NCBI GenBank assembly: GCA_010015585.1
Contig: ML975164.1
Direction: 5' to 3' (one strand)
DNA length: 47,935 nucleotides
From: Eremomyces bilateralis CBS 781.70
Lineage: Eukaryota
Numbering within the stretch: position 1 is the first letter of the stretch; each line of letters opens with the position of its first letter. Positions 23,710 to 36,542 of this stretch are shown one piece after another. The position numbers and the translations under genes were made by a program. Below the pieces are notes generated by a model. That model was given only the letters and a program-made list of their open reading frames with translations, did no database searches and had not been told where the DNA came from.

Positions 23710-25869
23710 CTAGCGCAATGACCTCCCTCCGTATCCTCCCATCTCGATATCTGGAAGTCGTGGCTCCCGGTCCCGGGGTGGGCTGACTGCTCGGCCTGTC
23801 CCAACGCTTGCAGCGTCCTGGAGAAGCACTTCCCGGCTGGCATCCCGACTGTGGCCAAATGCAGGGCCGAAGTTGAACGTGTCGCTAGCAGGGAGCGGCT
23901 CATAGGAGGTTTTTCCGTTGAACTTCTTGGCTTCGTTGGGGTCCATGAGAAGAGAGTTGCGGGGGTCGAGAGGGGTCAGGTTATCGAAGTCGCGGTTGAT
24001 TTTTTCTGTAAGGAGTTCGGTTAGCGGGATCTAGGGGGAGAATTGCAGTTTGGGCTTACCTTGTTCTTTGCGCTGCTTTCGGTGCGGGTTCGCTTTGCAC
24101 ATAAGCACAATGGCGTTGATAGCGATCAGGATGGCCAAAGCACCAGTCAGAACACCTTGCACCACGACAAGGACGACGCCGGTGACTGTCTGGGTAGTCT
24201 GAGTGACGCCAAGCTCCTCCACGAAGATCAGAATGCAAACAACTGAAGCCACCCTCACAACCTGGATGATGATGTTGATCCAATTGCTTGACTTCAAGGT
24301 AAACGGTCTCGACCAGAGCAAGAGGATAAGCAGCAGGGCTTCGACGATGAGCTGACCACTCGCCTGGACCAATCCATTTCCCGACGCTCCGGCAATAATG
24401 CAGCCTTTCACGAACATGTAGATGATCAAAGGAATGAACATCCACCACCAACCCTTCTTGTAGTTCTCGTAGAAGATGTTGTACTTCACCCAGGTGTTTT
24501 TGTCTTCATAAAGGCCGGACACGTTGCCCTCGGCCTTCTTGTACTTGCGTGCAACTTGCCAGATTCGGAATGTGAAGAATGCCAAAATGAGTGTAAAGAT
24601 TCCAAGTGTCACACCTGCGAGAACCTTTGCGGCCCAGGAATCGCCGCTGGTAAACTGATACACGCAGTACATCGTCCAGATACCGTAGAGCAACAGAATG
24701 AGTGAAGTAATCGCCTTGCTAAGAGTGATCCAGTATCGCTTCCGGAATCCTTCAAGCTTTTTTGGAAAGGTTCCGAAAAGGGCCCAAATCTCCAGGATGA
24801 CCTTGAAGAGCAGGATGGCAACGGTAATGGCACCGATGACGCAGGCAAAGATCAGGAGGACGGTCATGAACGTATTGGTTTTCGGAATGGCGAGCGACTC
24901 GGCGAATGCCTGGATACCCTCGACCGAATGGATAGGCTTGTCTTCGGCTTCCGTCCCGTTGCTGGTGGTGTTCGCGGCCGAGATCTCAGTATTAACCTCA
25001 CGTGCGTAGAGAAAGACATTCTCAATAGCACGTTTGGTCATATTGCCGCTTGGATAAACCAACGTGACATTCCTCAGAAACGCGATCGAGTTCTCGGTCA
25101 AGTTTCCGCCCGTCCTCCCGCGGAAGTTGTCGATCGTGCTTTGGAGCCCGTCCCAGGTCACCAGACCGGTGCTGAACCCGAAATTCTTCGAGAAGCTTCG
25201 GTAGACGCCTGGATATTGGACCGAGAGCATGCCGTTCATGGCCATCGACTGGAACCAACCGACAGTTTCAAAGAAAGTTGGGCTGGGTGCTCCACTACCA
25301 GCACCTGAGCCACCTGCAAGGGCGCTGGCACCCGAGAGAAGGAGTGCAGCTCCAGCGATGCCGGCAGCAACGTATGGGACCGCTGGTACGTCCAACGATT
25401 TGCCATTGCCAACCGTTGACTGGATGCATGCCAGATCCTGTCCGCCTTCCATTGTCTTCAGCTCCAGCTTCGCCTTGCCATCCAGGTTTGGTATGGAGAA
25501 TGCTATTGATGGAATCTGATCGGCATATTCAGAAGGAATATTCTGGGTGCCAGATGCTGTGAATGTGCCGGATGGAATTGGGCATAGTTGCTTGACATAG
25601 TTCTCTTTCTCGCACGGGTTGAAGTCTTTCTTGTATACTTCTACTCCGTATGCCGTGACGGTCAAGGCGGCCGTCACGTTCTGCTCTTTAGCACTTGTTC
25701 CAGCAACATCGAAGTCCACAGTTCCGGTGACTCGGTTATACTCGATGTTTAACTTCTCGACCTTGATATCGGAGCTGTCAAAACATGTGCTATAACCATT
25801 CGTGCGCAGTATATCGTCAGCTCGAGCAACTAGCGGCAAGGCCGCTAGAGCCCATAACGATCGTCGCAT
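23710..25869 (-). CDS. FLC/TRP-like membrane protein (ML-like luminal domain + TRP domain; flavin carrier/Pkd2-like family)
   Basis: Signal peptide; DILRTNGYSTC, VDFDVAGTS, FNPC...LCP, LACIQSTVGNGKS, WFQSMAMNGMLSVQYP.VYRSFSKNFGFSTG; multiple TM helices; NPHRK.RKE. Intron 24006-24059, last exon DNLTPLDPRNSLL. Confidence 0.9.
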
Positions 25870-27659
25870 TTTGAACCCTCGGGGTTCGGATGTGAAGCAA
25901 GGACTCAGGGACGATCCTCAGATGGAAGATCCAATTTTATACACGATTGTCGAAGATTTGCGCTGGAATGGACGACCAGACGCGGTTTCGATCGAAATGT
26001 GTTTTTGCAAATAGTTCGATGAAATTGTGATTAAAAAGGGCAGTACCGCAAAGGATCAACCTTGGCTGCGCGTCCGGGAGAAGTCGTGGTAGGATAGAAA
26101 CGAAGGATATATAATAAAGGCCTAAAGAAACGATGGGTTAGATGAAATGGCCGAACGAGTGACCAGATGGAGAGTGGACAATGAAACGCAACGCAACGAG
26201 AGTATTTAGTGAGTGCTGGGTGTGAAGTGAGAAGGAAAAGATGCAGGATGGAGTGTCTCAAGTCCGAAGACAGAACAGGCTCGGAAGGAGATGAAGCCAG
26301 GAGACTGGATGGCGCCCCTAGGCAGGGCCGGGTGCCAGCAAACTGATCCAAGCGGGTTTCCGTGGCCTGGACCGGATTGGCCATCGCCGCCAAATGTTGC
26401 ATTTGTGGGGAGGGTGACTTGGTTGAGCTCCAGGAGTATGGGTCACTTACTTACTCAGGGTTAAGGTTTCAACTTTGACTCGTCGGACGTAGCGAACGAT
26501 GTGAGGGGTCGAGGTAAAGCGATCGTAAATTCGTGAGACGGAACAGGAAAACAGACAGGATGGAAGAAGACCAGAACTGTCGCAGGACTATCGTCCTTTT
26601 GAGCTTATGGTTACACCAATGTTGCTTCCAGCTTCTGATTCAGGTGGTGTGCTGGCTGGACGGAGGAAGAAAACAAGGCACACGACTAAAAGCCCTGAAC
26701 AGCCGCCACGCACGCCACGGGCGCAGCCTGTAACGGACTACCCGTAGGCTGGAGCGCAACTAAATCTTAGTGAGACCCCGGTGCGGTCCCTTTTCCGTGC
26801 TTGATACCCACTCATGGATGCTCTCCAGTAGTATTGACGCTCCATTCCGACAACAATGATATGCGCGCCCAAAATCTCATGTTTCCGAAATATTGCACCC
26901 AAAATCTCTATCCGACTCTTCATGAGGGACATCGAGCGGAAAGAAAAGAGCCTCAAAGAACAGCGAGCGTTCTATTTTTGTTGTGATCAGTTGGGCAGGT
27001 CACCAGCCGTTTGGACGGACACGAGGTGCAGCCAGCTGGTTCGAGTCCAGGATGGGCTCTATTCGTCAATTCTCCGAACGTGATGCCTGATTGCCTCCTG
27101 TTGAGCGATTCAGCTGAGCAAGGAAAACCACATTCTGCAAGTCAACTCGAAAACTTGGTGTTGAGTGTGGCAGTGCATCCTGAATTTTCAACGGCGCCAT
27201 GTTAGGGAGCTTCGATAGTTTGATCGAGCCCCAGTTCTAAGAATAGTCCACTACCCAAGACTAATAAGGCTCTCTTATTTGCCAACAAGACTCGACTTTA
27301 AAACGCTGACGGTGGACACTTGGGTGCGCGGCCTTAGGGCAGGCCGTGCTATCCAATAGTTTTGCCCCACTGTCCCCATCGGAACTCGATAATTAGTCTC
27401 GATACGGCGGTGATCGCGAAGCGGCGAAGGTGGATGCATTGATGATTGATGATTGATCAGCCAGTTCAGACTTCTGAGCGATCCAACTTGAACGTTGGAA
27501 TCTCCATTGTTCTATGACGATTTGACGATGATATGCTTGTAAAGATACAAAATCGGTAATGATTTCGTCGATTGACGTTCGCTCATTGTTCTAGAATCTG
27601 GATGTCATTCGCGATCTCCTGGAAGGCCGGCACAGCGCGATCGTCGGAAGGTCTTCATC

Positions 27660-28560
27660 CAGTGTTATAAACGGTATAATATTAGTTAAGTTAGTTAGAC
27701 GAAAATTTGTTAGAAGTAATGATATCATTGTTTGAAGGATGTATCGGTGGGACGGAGTGTAAGCAAAACATGCCCTATGTGCGAATGATGTTGCCGACAG
27801 TTACCCATCCCTCCCATCCTGTTTGTTTATCTATTCGGACTTCAGAGTCACACAACGGAGCCTGCTTTGTTTGCTTATGGAAGTCCGTTGAACGGTAACT
27901 CGTGGTCGGGAGAATTGGTGCTACCGCCATGGATGATAGGGAGAAACTGAGTATAAAGAGTGTCTATACAAAAGAACCATTGTCTCGTTTCTCGCATCTG
28001 GTTCTGTTCCAAGTAGGGTGGTTGAATTTCAGTAATTTATATAATAATAAGAATCAATTTAACGTACTATCTGGATCCCTTTCGGGTCTATGAGCACGGC
28101 ATTCTATCTGGTCTGCCGCGGGCAAAAGTTTCCCCGTAGCCCTGAGGCTGCGGGTACATAAAATCCCGCCTCCTCCCTTTAGTAGACTATCTCAAACGTT
28201 TCAGTAATTTATATATATTTCTTCGGATGACTGATAGAATTTAAATTATGCATATAAATTGCTTCTTTCCGAAATTTACGCTAGTCCTATTTTGGCTTGG
28301 TTAGATTAGATATTGGTGCCTTGCAGCCTTAGGCACCAAAACCGAACTCCGTGAAACTCCTCAAAATCTCACCATCTTAACTCTATCTCCGCCATCCAAA
28401 TTAGTAAACGAAAGCTTGGCATGAAATATTTCCAGACCTCCGGAAATCTTTCATGAAAATTACAAGAGCAATAGATTTCATTGAAATCTTTCACCCACCC
28501 TAGTTCCAAGAGTTAAATAGCATACTCCGTACTGGAAATCCGATTGAAGTTCATGAAGCA
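27660..28560. repeat. AT/TpA-rich degenerate region with short inverted repeats, probable RIP-mutated repeat relic
   Basis: TpA-dense tracts (27665-27725, 28030-28060, 28200-28310); inverted repeat TTGGTGCCT-N9-AGGCACCAA (28313-28339); AGATTTCA-T-TGAAATCT palindrome and duplicated GAAATCTTTCA near 28440-28495. No recognisable transposase. Confidence 0.35.
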
Positions 28561-29646
28561 TCAATCATCATCTCAACAGTCGCTTTGAATAGCATATAGC
28601 GCTATGCTCCAACGAAGCTCGCATTGGTAAGCACCTAGTCATCGACGTTTGCTTGCAACGATACTGTTGCTTTCTATCCTGGCTAATTGATGTACATAGT
28701 AGTACAAGATAAGCGACATGGAGATTGACGTAGGTGGTACTAGGATAGTGATGTTGATCGATGATCAATCATCAATCTGAACAGTAAATGGCGTTTCATG
28801 TTTGGTTGTGCAGACCAGAGATACGTACCTGACTCCATTTTCCGCTGATTTTCACATCGTGCACTGAGGCTTCTGATTTCTGGAAAACCGACTTCTAGCA
28901 ATATCTTCTTGCTTTGAATGATAAACAATGCTCCGTTCGAAGAGAGCCGGGTAATGGTGATTCATGAGTAATGTTTGAACTCGCCTTAATAACCATCATC
29001 TAATCCTAATGACAAACCGACCCCCAGTCTCGTGTGTCGAAAATGGTTTCTTTATATCCTTCATGGCACTATTTCAATATTCAAAGTCTTTGCTAAAGCT
29101 CTAGTCGATGTTCTTCGCGTTGTCTCTTCACAAATCCTTTTCACTTGATCGTACCTTGATGGCCTCGAAGGGACCCTCCAGACTCCAACACAAGCCATGC
29201 ATTTTCAAGCAGTCATGAACAATGTTGCGTTCAACCTCAAAAGGTCGCAATGACCATACCATAGAACAGGGAGGGCATCGATGCCCGGACCTCCCTAATT
29301 CAAGCCATGGGAGCAAGCCATAAAAGATTTCCTGGACTCTATCACGGCGCCAGAAGAGCCATGTCGTACTTCAGAATCTAGGGTATCTGGTATTCCATCC
29401 TTGTATGGGAATCATCCAAAAGCCGGTCTGAATCCGTCTGAACGGTGCTCGCGAATTCATGGAATTAGCGGAGGCGCAGTGAGTACAGGTAACTCAACTT
29501 TAATAGACTCCTCTGTGTCGGGGATATTGTGGTACATGAAACTGTAATGCAGCTATGCCGTGAAATAGCTACTGGATGGTTGACGATACGCCTATTGCGA
29601 CCGCTTAAGATTTTAGATTTGGTGCTTGGTAGTGGTTCTAGGCCGC

Positions 29647-30188
29647 ATGATCATGGCGTGCTGGCGATATTTTTGCTTAGGAGGCGCCGAATCCGACCGT
29701 CTAAAGGAAACCTAGGCATATACAGACTGTACGTTTCGGCGCCACTCAATTCAGCCAACATGACTACAAGTCACACAGATTTATTCGCCGAATTCACCTA
29801 CAGTGAGCGCGACCGTCTCCTCGGTGAGATAGCACAGATTTGCGAGGGTTGGTGCTCGACACGCGTACCTGGTTCGACCCCGACGATTACTCCCACGATG
29901 ATATCACCATCAGCTTTAGGAACCGGAGCAAGTGGAGCGACGGCAATTGTCACTCAAGGTTCCGGGGAATCGTCCCAAACGAATGCGGTGACAGTGACGG
30001 TTACTCAGACCGCCGGCGCAAGTGGAACTTCGGCTGCGAATGCATTCAGTGCGGATGTATATGGTGGAGGCTATTTGATGCTTCTCGTGTCGTGGACTTC
30101 AGCCACTTTCTTGGTCCGTACTCTGATTCCATCCTCTAAATGGAGAGAAATTCAGGCTCAAATGCTGGATTATGATAATGGAAAGTGA
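29647..30188 (+). pseudogene. Possible remnant of a Cys-containing, Ser/Thr-rich GPI-anchored surface protein
   Basis: MIMACWRYFCLGG...KET*AYTD|YLFAEF...ICEGWC across a putative intron 29729-29778, then a Ser/Thr-rich stalk (VTVTVTQT), SAANA and a hydrophobic tail. In-frame TAG at 29713; no signal peptide found. Confidence 0.4.
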
Positions 30189-31001
30189 GGCTAAGAGATT
30201 GAGATTTTGGCTCCAATCAAATAGAGCAATGCAGATTTCGATTCCGGCCAAGATTGTGGTAAGGTCGAACAGATTCGCATCGTGACTTTTGATGTCCATG
30301 GAACACTTTTTGTGGCGTGATGTGGGAAATTCGCAGGGTCTGGAAGGGACTCTACATCTGTACCAGACCCTTAATGATAAGCCAGTGCCGCAAAATTGAG
30401 TGGACCATGTATGAAGTCTCCAATTAGTTCAATAAATCTAGAGATGGTTGACGATGCAATTGTTGCTGATCATTCCGGATGTTTTGAGCCGCCCATAAGC
30501 GAAATTGGTAGTAACTAGGTAGCATCATCGTGATGACGAAACTTGGATGCCGACGCAACACGACAAATCGCAACGCCGATATGATTCTATCTTCATCTGA
30601 TCCCTTCTTTATTCGGAGAGTGAGCATTCCTTTCGGTACTCTAACCCCGGAGCTAGCTATGCCCTGTACCAAAAGATCTACGCGTCTACGGACGCGCCTC
30701 CATTTGTGATGTCACTCGTATCATCTGACAATCCAACTTCCAATGACTCTGAGGCGGCTACAGAGGCGGCTCGGAGATCTACATTTTGTAAGATTTATAA
30801 GGCACTCTGCGCAATGGTATTCACAGGGAGGTACAATGACTAGATATAATATTCTAAATCACTACTACTTATCAGAATTTACCACAGATCAATATTTACC
30901 ACCCTAAGTCATCCAGTCAAACCCCGAATATCACCTACAAATCGGAATAGTTGCAATACTTGTTCGCATTTACTCGAAGAGCTTGGATTGAATCTCAAAG
31001 T

Positions 31002-31829
31002 ATGCATGAGGGAACCGGTAGCAAACGGTTCCGCGATTTCAACCTCGAAGGGGGCGTCTTCATCGTCACTGGCGGCGCCCAAGGCCTCGGTCTGGTGATG
31101 GCCGAGGCGCTTGTGGAGGCCGGCGCAGAAGTCCATTGCCTGGATCGGCAACCCGAGCCCGATGATGAGTTCACCGTCGCGCACGAGCGCATCGAGAAAG
31201 AATACGGTGGAAGTCTGCACTACAGCCAAGTGGACGTGCGAGACGTCAAAAACCTCGACGAGACCATCGGCAGGATTGCCGCGCGGAAAGAACGCCTGGA
31301 TGGGCTGATTGCCGCCGCTGGGGTACAGCAGATCACGAAGGCAGTGGACTATACCTTTGAAGATGCGCAGAAGATGTTGGCGATCAATTACACGGGCCTA
31401 TTCATGACGGCGACGTCGGTGGCCCGAGCGATGATGAAGTACAAGTGCCGCGGGCGCATCTGTCTCATCGCCAGCATGTCTGGTCTGATCGCAAACAAAG
31501 GGCTGATAACGCCTGTCTACAACAGTTCAAAAGCAGCGGTCATCCAGCTTTCGCGCTGCCTAGCGATGGAGTGGGGGAAGATCAAGGAAGATGGGACTGG
31601 TGGAATCCGAGTGAATTGTCTGAGCCCGGGACATATCATCACACCGATGGTGGAGAAGAACTTCGAGGAGGTGCCGGGTCTGAAAGAAAAGTGGGAGTCG
31701 GAGAATATGATGGGACGTCTGAGTCAACCAGAGGAGTTCAAGAGCGCCGGACTGTTTCTCTTGAGCAATGCAAGTAGTTTTATGACTGGGCAGAACTTGG
31801 TTATTGATGGAGGCCATACGGCTTGGTAG
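31002..31829 (+). CDS. Short-chain dehydrogenase/reductase (D-arabinitol dehydrogenase/sorbose reductase-like)
   Basis: VTGGAQGLG cofactor motif, LIASMSG, catalytic YNSSK, IRVNCLSPGHI.TPM, SSFMTGQNLVIDGGHTAW. First ATG at 31002; the true start is uncertain. Confidence 0.92.
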   Translation: MHEGTGSKRFRDFNLEGGVFIVTGGAQGLGLVMAEALVEAGAEVHCLDRQPEPDDEFTVAHERIEKEYGGSLHYSQVDVRDVKNLDETIGRIAARKERLDGLIAAAGVQQITKAVDYTFEDAQKMLAINYTGLFMTATSVARAMMKYKCRGRICLIASMSGLIANKGLITPVYNSSKAAVIQLSRCLAMEWGKIKEDGTGGIRVNCLSPGHIITPMVEKNFEEVPGLKEKWESENMMGRLSQPEEFKSAGLFLLSNASSFMTGQNLVIDGGHTAW

Positions 31830-31899
31830 ATTGAGTCAGAAACGATTTGATCGTTTCTGTGTGTACAGGCACTAGTGAAATTGGCTTCCACCCTAGCGC

Positions 31900-32221
31900 C
31901 AAATAATTTCTTTACAATGGTTTAACAAGGCTCTTATTATGGTACCAAGACTAGTAGTTATACATGCGGTTAGACCAGTCAACTCTCCCTTAACGCACCC
32001 GTCCTGAACGCACATACACCCTTCTAATAATACTGCATGTTTTCCTAAAGCGCAATATTATATTCGCCACTAGAGGAAGATACTATAGGTAGTTACCTAG
32101 AATGATAGCTAACTAAGGAATCATGAATTTCAAAGCAGTGCTAGTACTCAATCATTAATTACACCATTTAAAGAAAGTATAAGAGTATGTCTTATCACAA
32201 AGGAGATAGGTCGGGAGGAGG
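31900..32221. repeat. TpA-rich RIP-like degenerate sequence abutting the WD40 array
   Basis: AT-rich with dense TA/TAG/TAA (ctagtagttatac, tactataggtagttacctag), ending abruptly at the GC-rich WD40 repeats. Confidence 0.45.
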
Positions 32222-33159
32222 TTAAGAAAGATTATAACCGGCGTCCCATAGCCTGACCGTCCCGTCCTCAGATGCCGACGCCAGCGTCTTGCCGTCCGGC
32301 GAGAAGGCCACGGTCCTGACCCAGCTCGAATGGCCCTCGAGCGTCTGCAGTAGCGAGCCCGACCCGGCGTCCCATAGCTTGCCAGTCCTGTCGTCAGATG
32401 CCGATGCCAGTGTCCTGCCGTCCGGCGAGAAGGCTACAGACACGACGCAGACGAATGGCCCTTGAGTGTCTGCAGCGCCGCGCCCGACCGGGCGTCCCAT
32501 AGCCTGATCGTCACGTCGTTAGATGCCGACGCCAGCGCCTTGCCGTCCGGCGCGAAGGCCACAGCCCTGACCCAGGTCGAATGCCCCTCGAGCGTCTGTA
32601 GCAGCGCGCCCGACCTGGCGTCCCATAGCTTGATCGTCCTATCGTGAGATGCCGACGCTAGTGTCCTGCCGTCCGGCGAGGAGGACACGGCCGCGACATC
32701 ACCCGAATGGTCCGTAAGCGTCTGGAGCTCCGCGCCCGAACCGGCGTCCCAAAGCTTAACGGTCCCGTCGTCAGATGCCGATGCCAGCGTCCAACCGTCC
32801 GGCGCGAAGGCCACAGCCCGAACATTGTCCGAATGGCCCTTAAGCGTCTGCAGCAGCGAGCCCGACCCTCCGTCCCATAGCCTGACCATCCTGTCGCGCG
32901 ATGCCGACGCCAGCGTCCTGTCACCCGGCGAGAAGGCCACGGCCCTGACCCAATTAGAATGGCCCTTGAGCTTCCGCAGCAGCACGCCCGACCCGCCGTC
33001 CCATAGCCTGACCGTCCTGTCGTCAGATGCCGACGCTAGAGTCCTGCTGTCTAGCGAGAAGGCCACGGCATTAACCGAGCCCCATTGGCCCTTGAGAGTC
33101 TGCTTACTATGGTCTCTGCCTTGCTTCAAGTCCAGTAAGAGGTCATGTATCGAGGGCAT
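32222..33159 (-). pseudogene. Orphan HET-E/HNWD-type WD40 repeat array (7 x 126 bp) with one frameshift
   Basis: Units [31 protein letters not shown] of 42 aa start at 33090, 32964 ... 32460 (126-bp spacing) and 32335 (125 bp, so a 1-bp deletion in unit 6). No NACHT or HET domain upstream. Confidence 0.88.
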
Positions 33160-34735
33160 TGTGACTATAACCCTTTCTAGTGTCCTGAGACGTGATCAAC
33201 TCAACCACTAGTGTTACCGAGAGGGTTGGACGGCTACAGCGGCCTTAGCGATGTATATTTTAAAGATCGTGTTGTTGGTGGAACTTAGAAGATAGGGTCG
33301 ACCCGACATTGATACGTTGACTGACAAACCGCCTTGCTCTGAGCCTCTGACTCATTTTCTTCTTATTGGCGTCACGTGGCTGACGAGTCTCTCAGTCGAA
33401 TTTGTGTTCGTACAGTCCTGTTACAGCTCAGCAAGATTTCGGTCTGACCAAAGCAGAATATAGGACTGTCGAGTTCTATAGAGAATCAGAAGCATTCGAA
33501 GAAAGCGGTATCATTTTATCCCATTTGTTAGAGATTGTTGTTTTACCTACATATAATGGTGAATCTCAAAATTTGGCAAATCTACAGACAGCCAGACTGA
33601 TTTTGGACGCATGTAGTAATTCCTCCGAGAACCTTGGAATGGTTAATTGACCAATACTGAACTTTCATACAATAGATAGCTTAGGCGAGTTCAAATACAT
33701 ACATAGTTCGATTGGTCTAACTTCGTAGGTACTAGCTTCGGCAAAAAAATTCCTTGGCAAACTATTGAAAAGAAGTTTTGCGGTGCTAGGCGGAAGCCGA
33801 TTTTGCTAATGACTGTATCATCGTTCTTGAAGGTTGCAAATTGCAAATCGCAAATCCAATTTTGATGTCTATGAAGTTGTTGTCACGTGGAGTGACAAAC
33901 AGTTGTGGAGACGATTGAGAACTTTTGGCGAATCTTTCGTTGACATACCACTAACCACACAGCATTACAGTAGTTATGGCATCGGAATGATTTAAGGGCG
34001 AACCATCAAAATGCCATTCCATACTGCAGATCGGGAACCCATATCCTGATTCGGCTTCCTTAGACGCTGGAAGGAGATCTGTTGTGGATGATACGTGCCG
34101 AGAGACCAACTTGAAATTCTCCACTCCTCCACGTTTTCCCCAGAAACCGGTGGCTATCCATATCCGGGGACCGAATCGCATTGTCTCGAAGGTGGATCCA
34201 TAGGATATTGTAAGCCCTCGGCGGCTCGGCCCCTCCATATGACCATCTGATATCGCGGGGTGCGGCTTACCTGATGGCTACTTTGCATGAATGTCTCTTT
34301 ATACGAAGAGATGGCGAGGTTCAGGACCCAAATTCTTGTGGTGCCACGATCCTATCTCGCTTTCCGAACTCGCCTACAAATCTTTGAGTTGTATCATTCT
34401 TATTTACAAGCCCTTCGGTGCATTTGAACCGAAAACAACCGGGTGAAAGAGTAAATTCTTCTCTAGCGTGCTACATGGACAGAGTTCCGTCTTTCCCGTC
34501 TTACCGAGTTAAGGTATTGTGCGTCTTCGGCCTCCAATCAGAATGGTCTCCCCTCAGTCTGACTGGAAACCTTTAGATATATTTCTGCCATGAGACTTTT
34601 CCTTCTTCAATTGGGTTTGCAAGAGTTATTTCCAAGTCAATAGGATTGTATTCTGCATTTCCGCGCTAGAAGTCCGTTGTTTGCAATGTCATATCAGTCC
34701 CGTCGGTACCATACCCAATAACTCGCAGGTAAACC

Positions 34736-36542
34736 ATGGATACAACCATTACAAGTTTACCGAAGTCTGTAGAGGACCAAGGAGCGATCCTTACCAAGCT
34801 CCGCAGTCGAGATTCTACCGCACCTCCTATCGATCCCGAGAAACCGTCCACCCAAGAGAGCAACACAAGTACCCTTGACAAGTTCGACGGCATCCAAGGC
34901 AAAGACCTCGAAGCAGGATACGGGGAATTCTGTCCACAGAAAGAAGCCAAACCCACCGAAACACGCATTGAACGCTTGTCAATATCCCCTTCAGACGATG
35001 ATACCCCCGACAACCCGAACCTGGTGGCATGGGACGGGGTAGACGATCCGCAAAACCCAATGAACTGGCCTAACTCTCGGCGTTGGAGCCACATCGGCAT
35101 CGTCAGCGCTCTCACGTTCTTTGTTGGGCTCTGTTCGTCAATGTTCGCCCCCGGCGTCCCGCAACTGATGCGGCAATTCGACTCCACCAACGAAGCGCTC
35201 GGATCATTCGTGGTGACCGTGTTCGTCCTTGGCCTCGCTGCAGGGCCCGTTGTCTTTGCCCCTCTGTCGGAGTTGAAAGGACGGTATATTGTGCAGCATA
35301 TTGGGACAGTGGGGTTCACCGCATTCACGATTGCGTGTGCATTGGCACCCAATATGGAGGGCCTGATTGTTATAAGGTTATTTCAAGGGATCTTCGGGTC
35401 GGTGGGGATCACCAATGGAGGAGCAATCATCTCCGACATTGTCAAACAGGAGGAAAGAGGCGTGGCGCTCAGCATGTATTCGTATGGCGTGCTCTTCGGA
35501 CCTATTATTGGCCCCATCGCTGGAGGTTTCCTGAACACCGCCAAGGGATGGCGCTGGGTGTTCTGGGTTCTCAGTATATGCGTAAGCTCACCATACCTCT
35601 CAAACAACGAATCCTCGAATCTGATTTACCGTAGCTGGGCGTCATCACCTGTCTCTCCTTCCTGATTTGGAGAGAATCCTACGAACCATTTCTCCTCCGC
35701 AAAAAAGCCGCCAGGTTACGGCAAGAGACAGGCAACCTAGCCCTCCGCTCGGAGTACGACTCCGATCTCCCTCCCCGCGTCCACTTCGCAAGGGGGATCG
35801 CCCGAGCGATATGCATGCTCATTTTCTCACCCGTCGTCCTCTCTCTCTCCATCTACACCGGCCTCGTATACGCGTACTTCTACCTCCTATTCACCACGTT
35901 CACGTCCATCTTCTCCGGCATCTACAACTTCAGTACTGACATCGTCGGCCTTTCGTTCGTCGGCGTCGGTGTCGGTTTCCTCATTGGCCAGATCGCCTTC
36001 TCGAACATCAGCGACCGATTGTTGAAAAGTCTCGCGGCGAAGCGCGGGGGCGGATTCAAGCCGGAATATCGCATGCCGCCGTGCCTGATTGGCGCTGTAT
36101 GTATTCCCATCGGTCTCTTCTGGTACGGGTGGGCAGCCCAAGCACGTGCACATTGGATCGTGCCGCTCATTGGAACTTCATTTGTAGGACTGGGAAATTC
36201 GATCATCTTCGTAAGTGGAACCCCAGCTCACGAATCCCCTACCCACGGTAGACGCTTCGTTCTCAACTCTTCTAACCCTTGCAGATGAGCATCACCACTT
36301 ATACCATTGACGCATATGGCATGTATTCCGCCTCTGCACTCGCAGCAAACACGGTAACCCGATCCATCATGGCTGCCGTTCTCCCGCTCGCCGCACCCCC
36401 CATGTACGCGGCGCTTGGTATCGGGTGGGGCAATTCCCTGCTCGCATTTTTGGCGATAGCCATGATGCCAGTACCGTGGCTGCTGTTCAAATATGGCGAG
36501 CGGTTACGGAGGGTGAATGTCGAGAAGTTCACGTACATTTGA
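34736..36542 (+). CDS. MFS transporter, DHA1 (drug:H+ antiporter 1) family
   Basis: VAWDGVDDPQNPMNWP, SSMFAPGVPQLM..F, APLSELKGR, GPIIGPIAGGFL...GWRWVFW, KPEYRMP, YSASALAANT..RS. Introns 35582-35634 and 36211-36284. Confidence 0.93.

Noticed and set aside
28560..29360. Possible degraded transposase or gene on the minus strand
   Set aside because: The frames I translated are interrupted by stops and show no DDE, RT or other motif.
32222..33090. 126-bp periodic array as a CRISPR-like or non-coding satellite
   Set aside because: The units translate to WD40 repeats, there are no unique spacers, and the context is eukaryotic.
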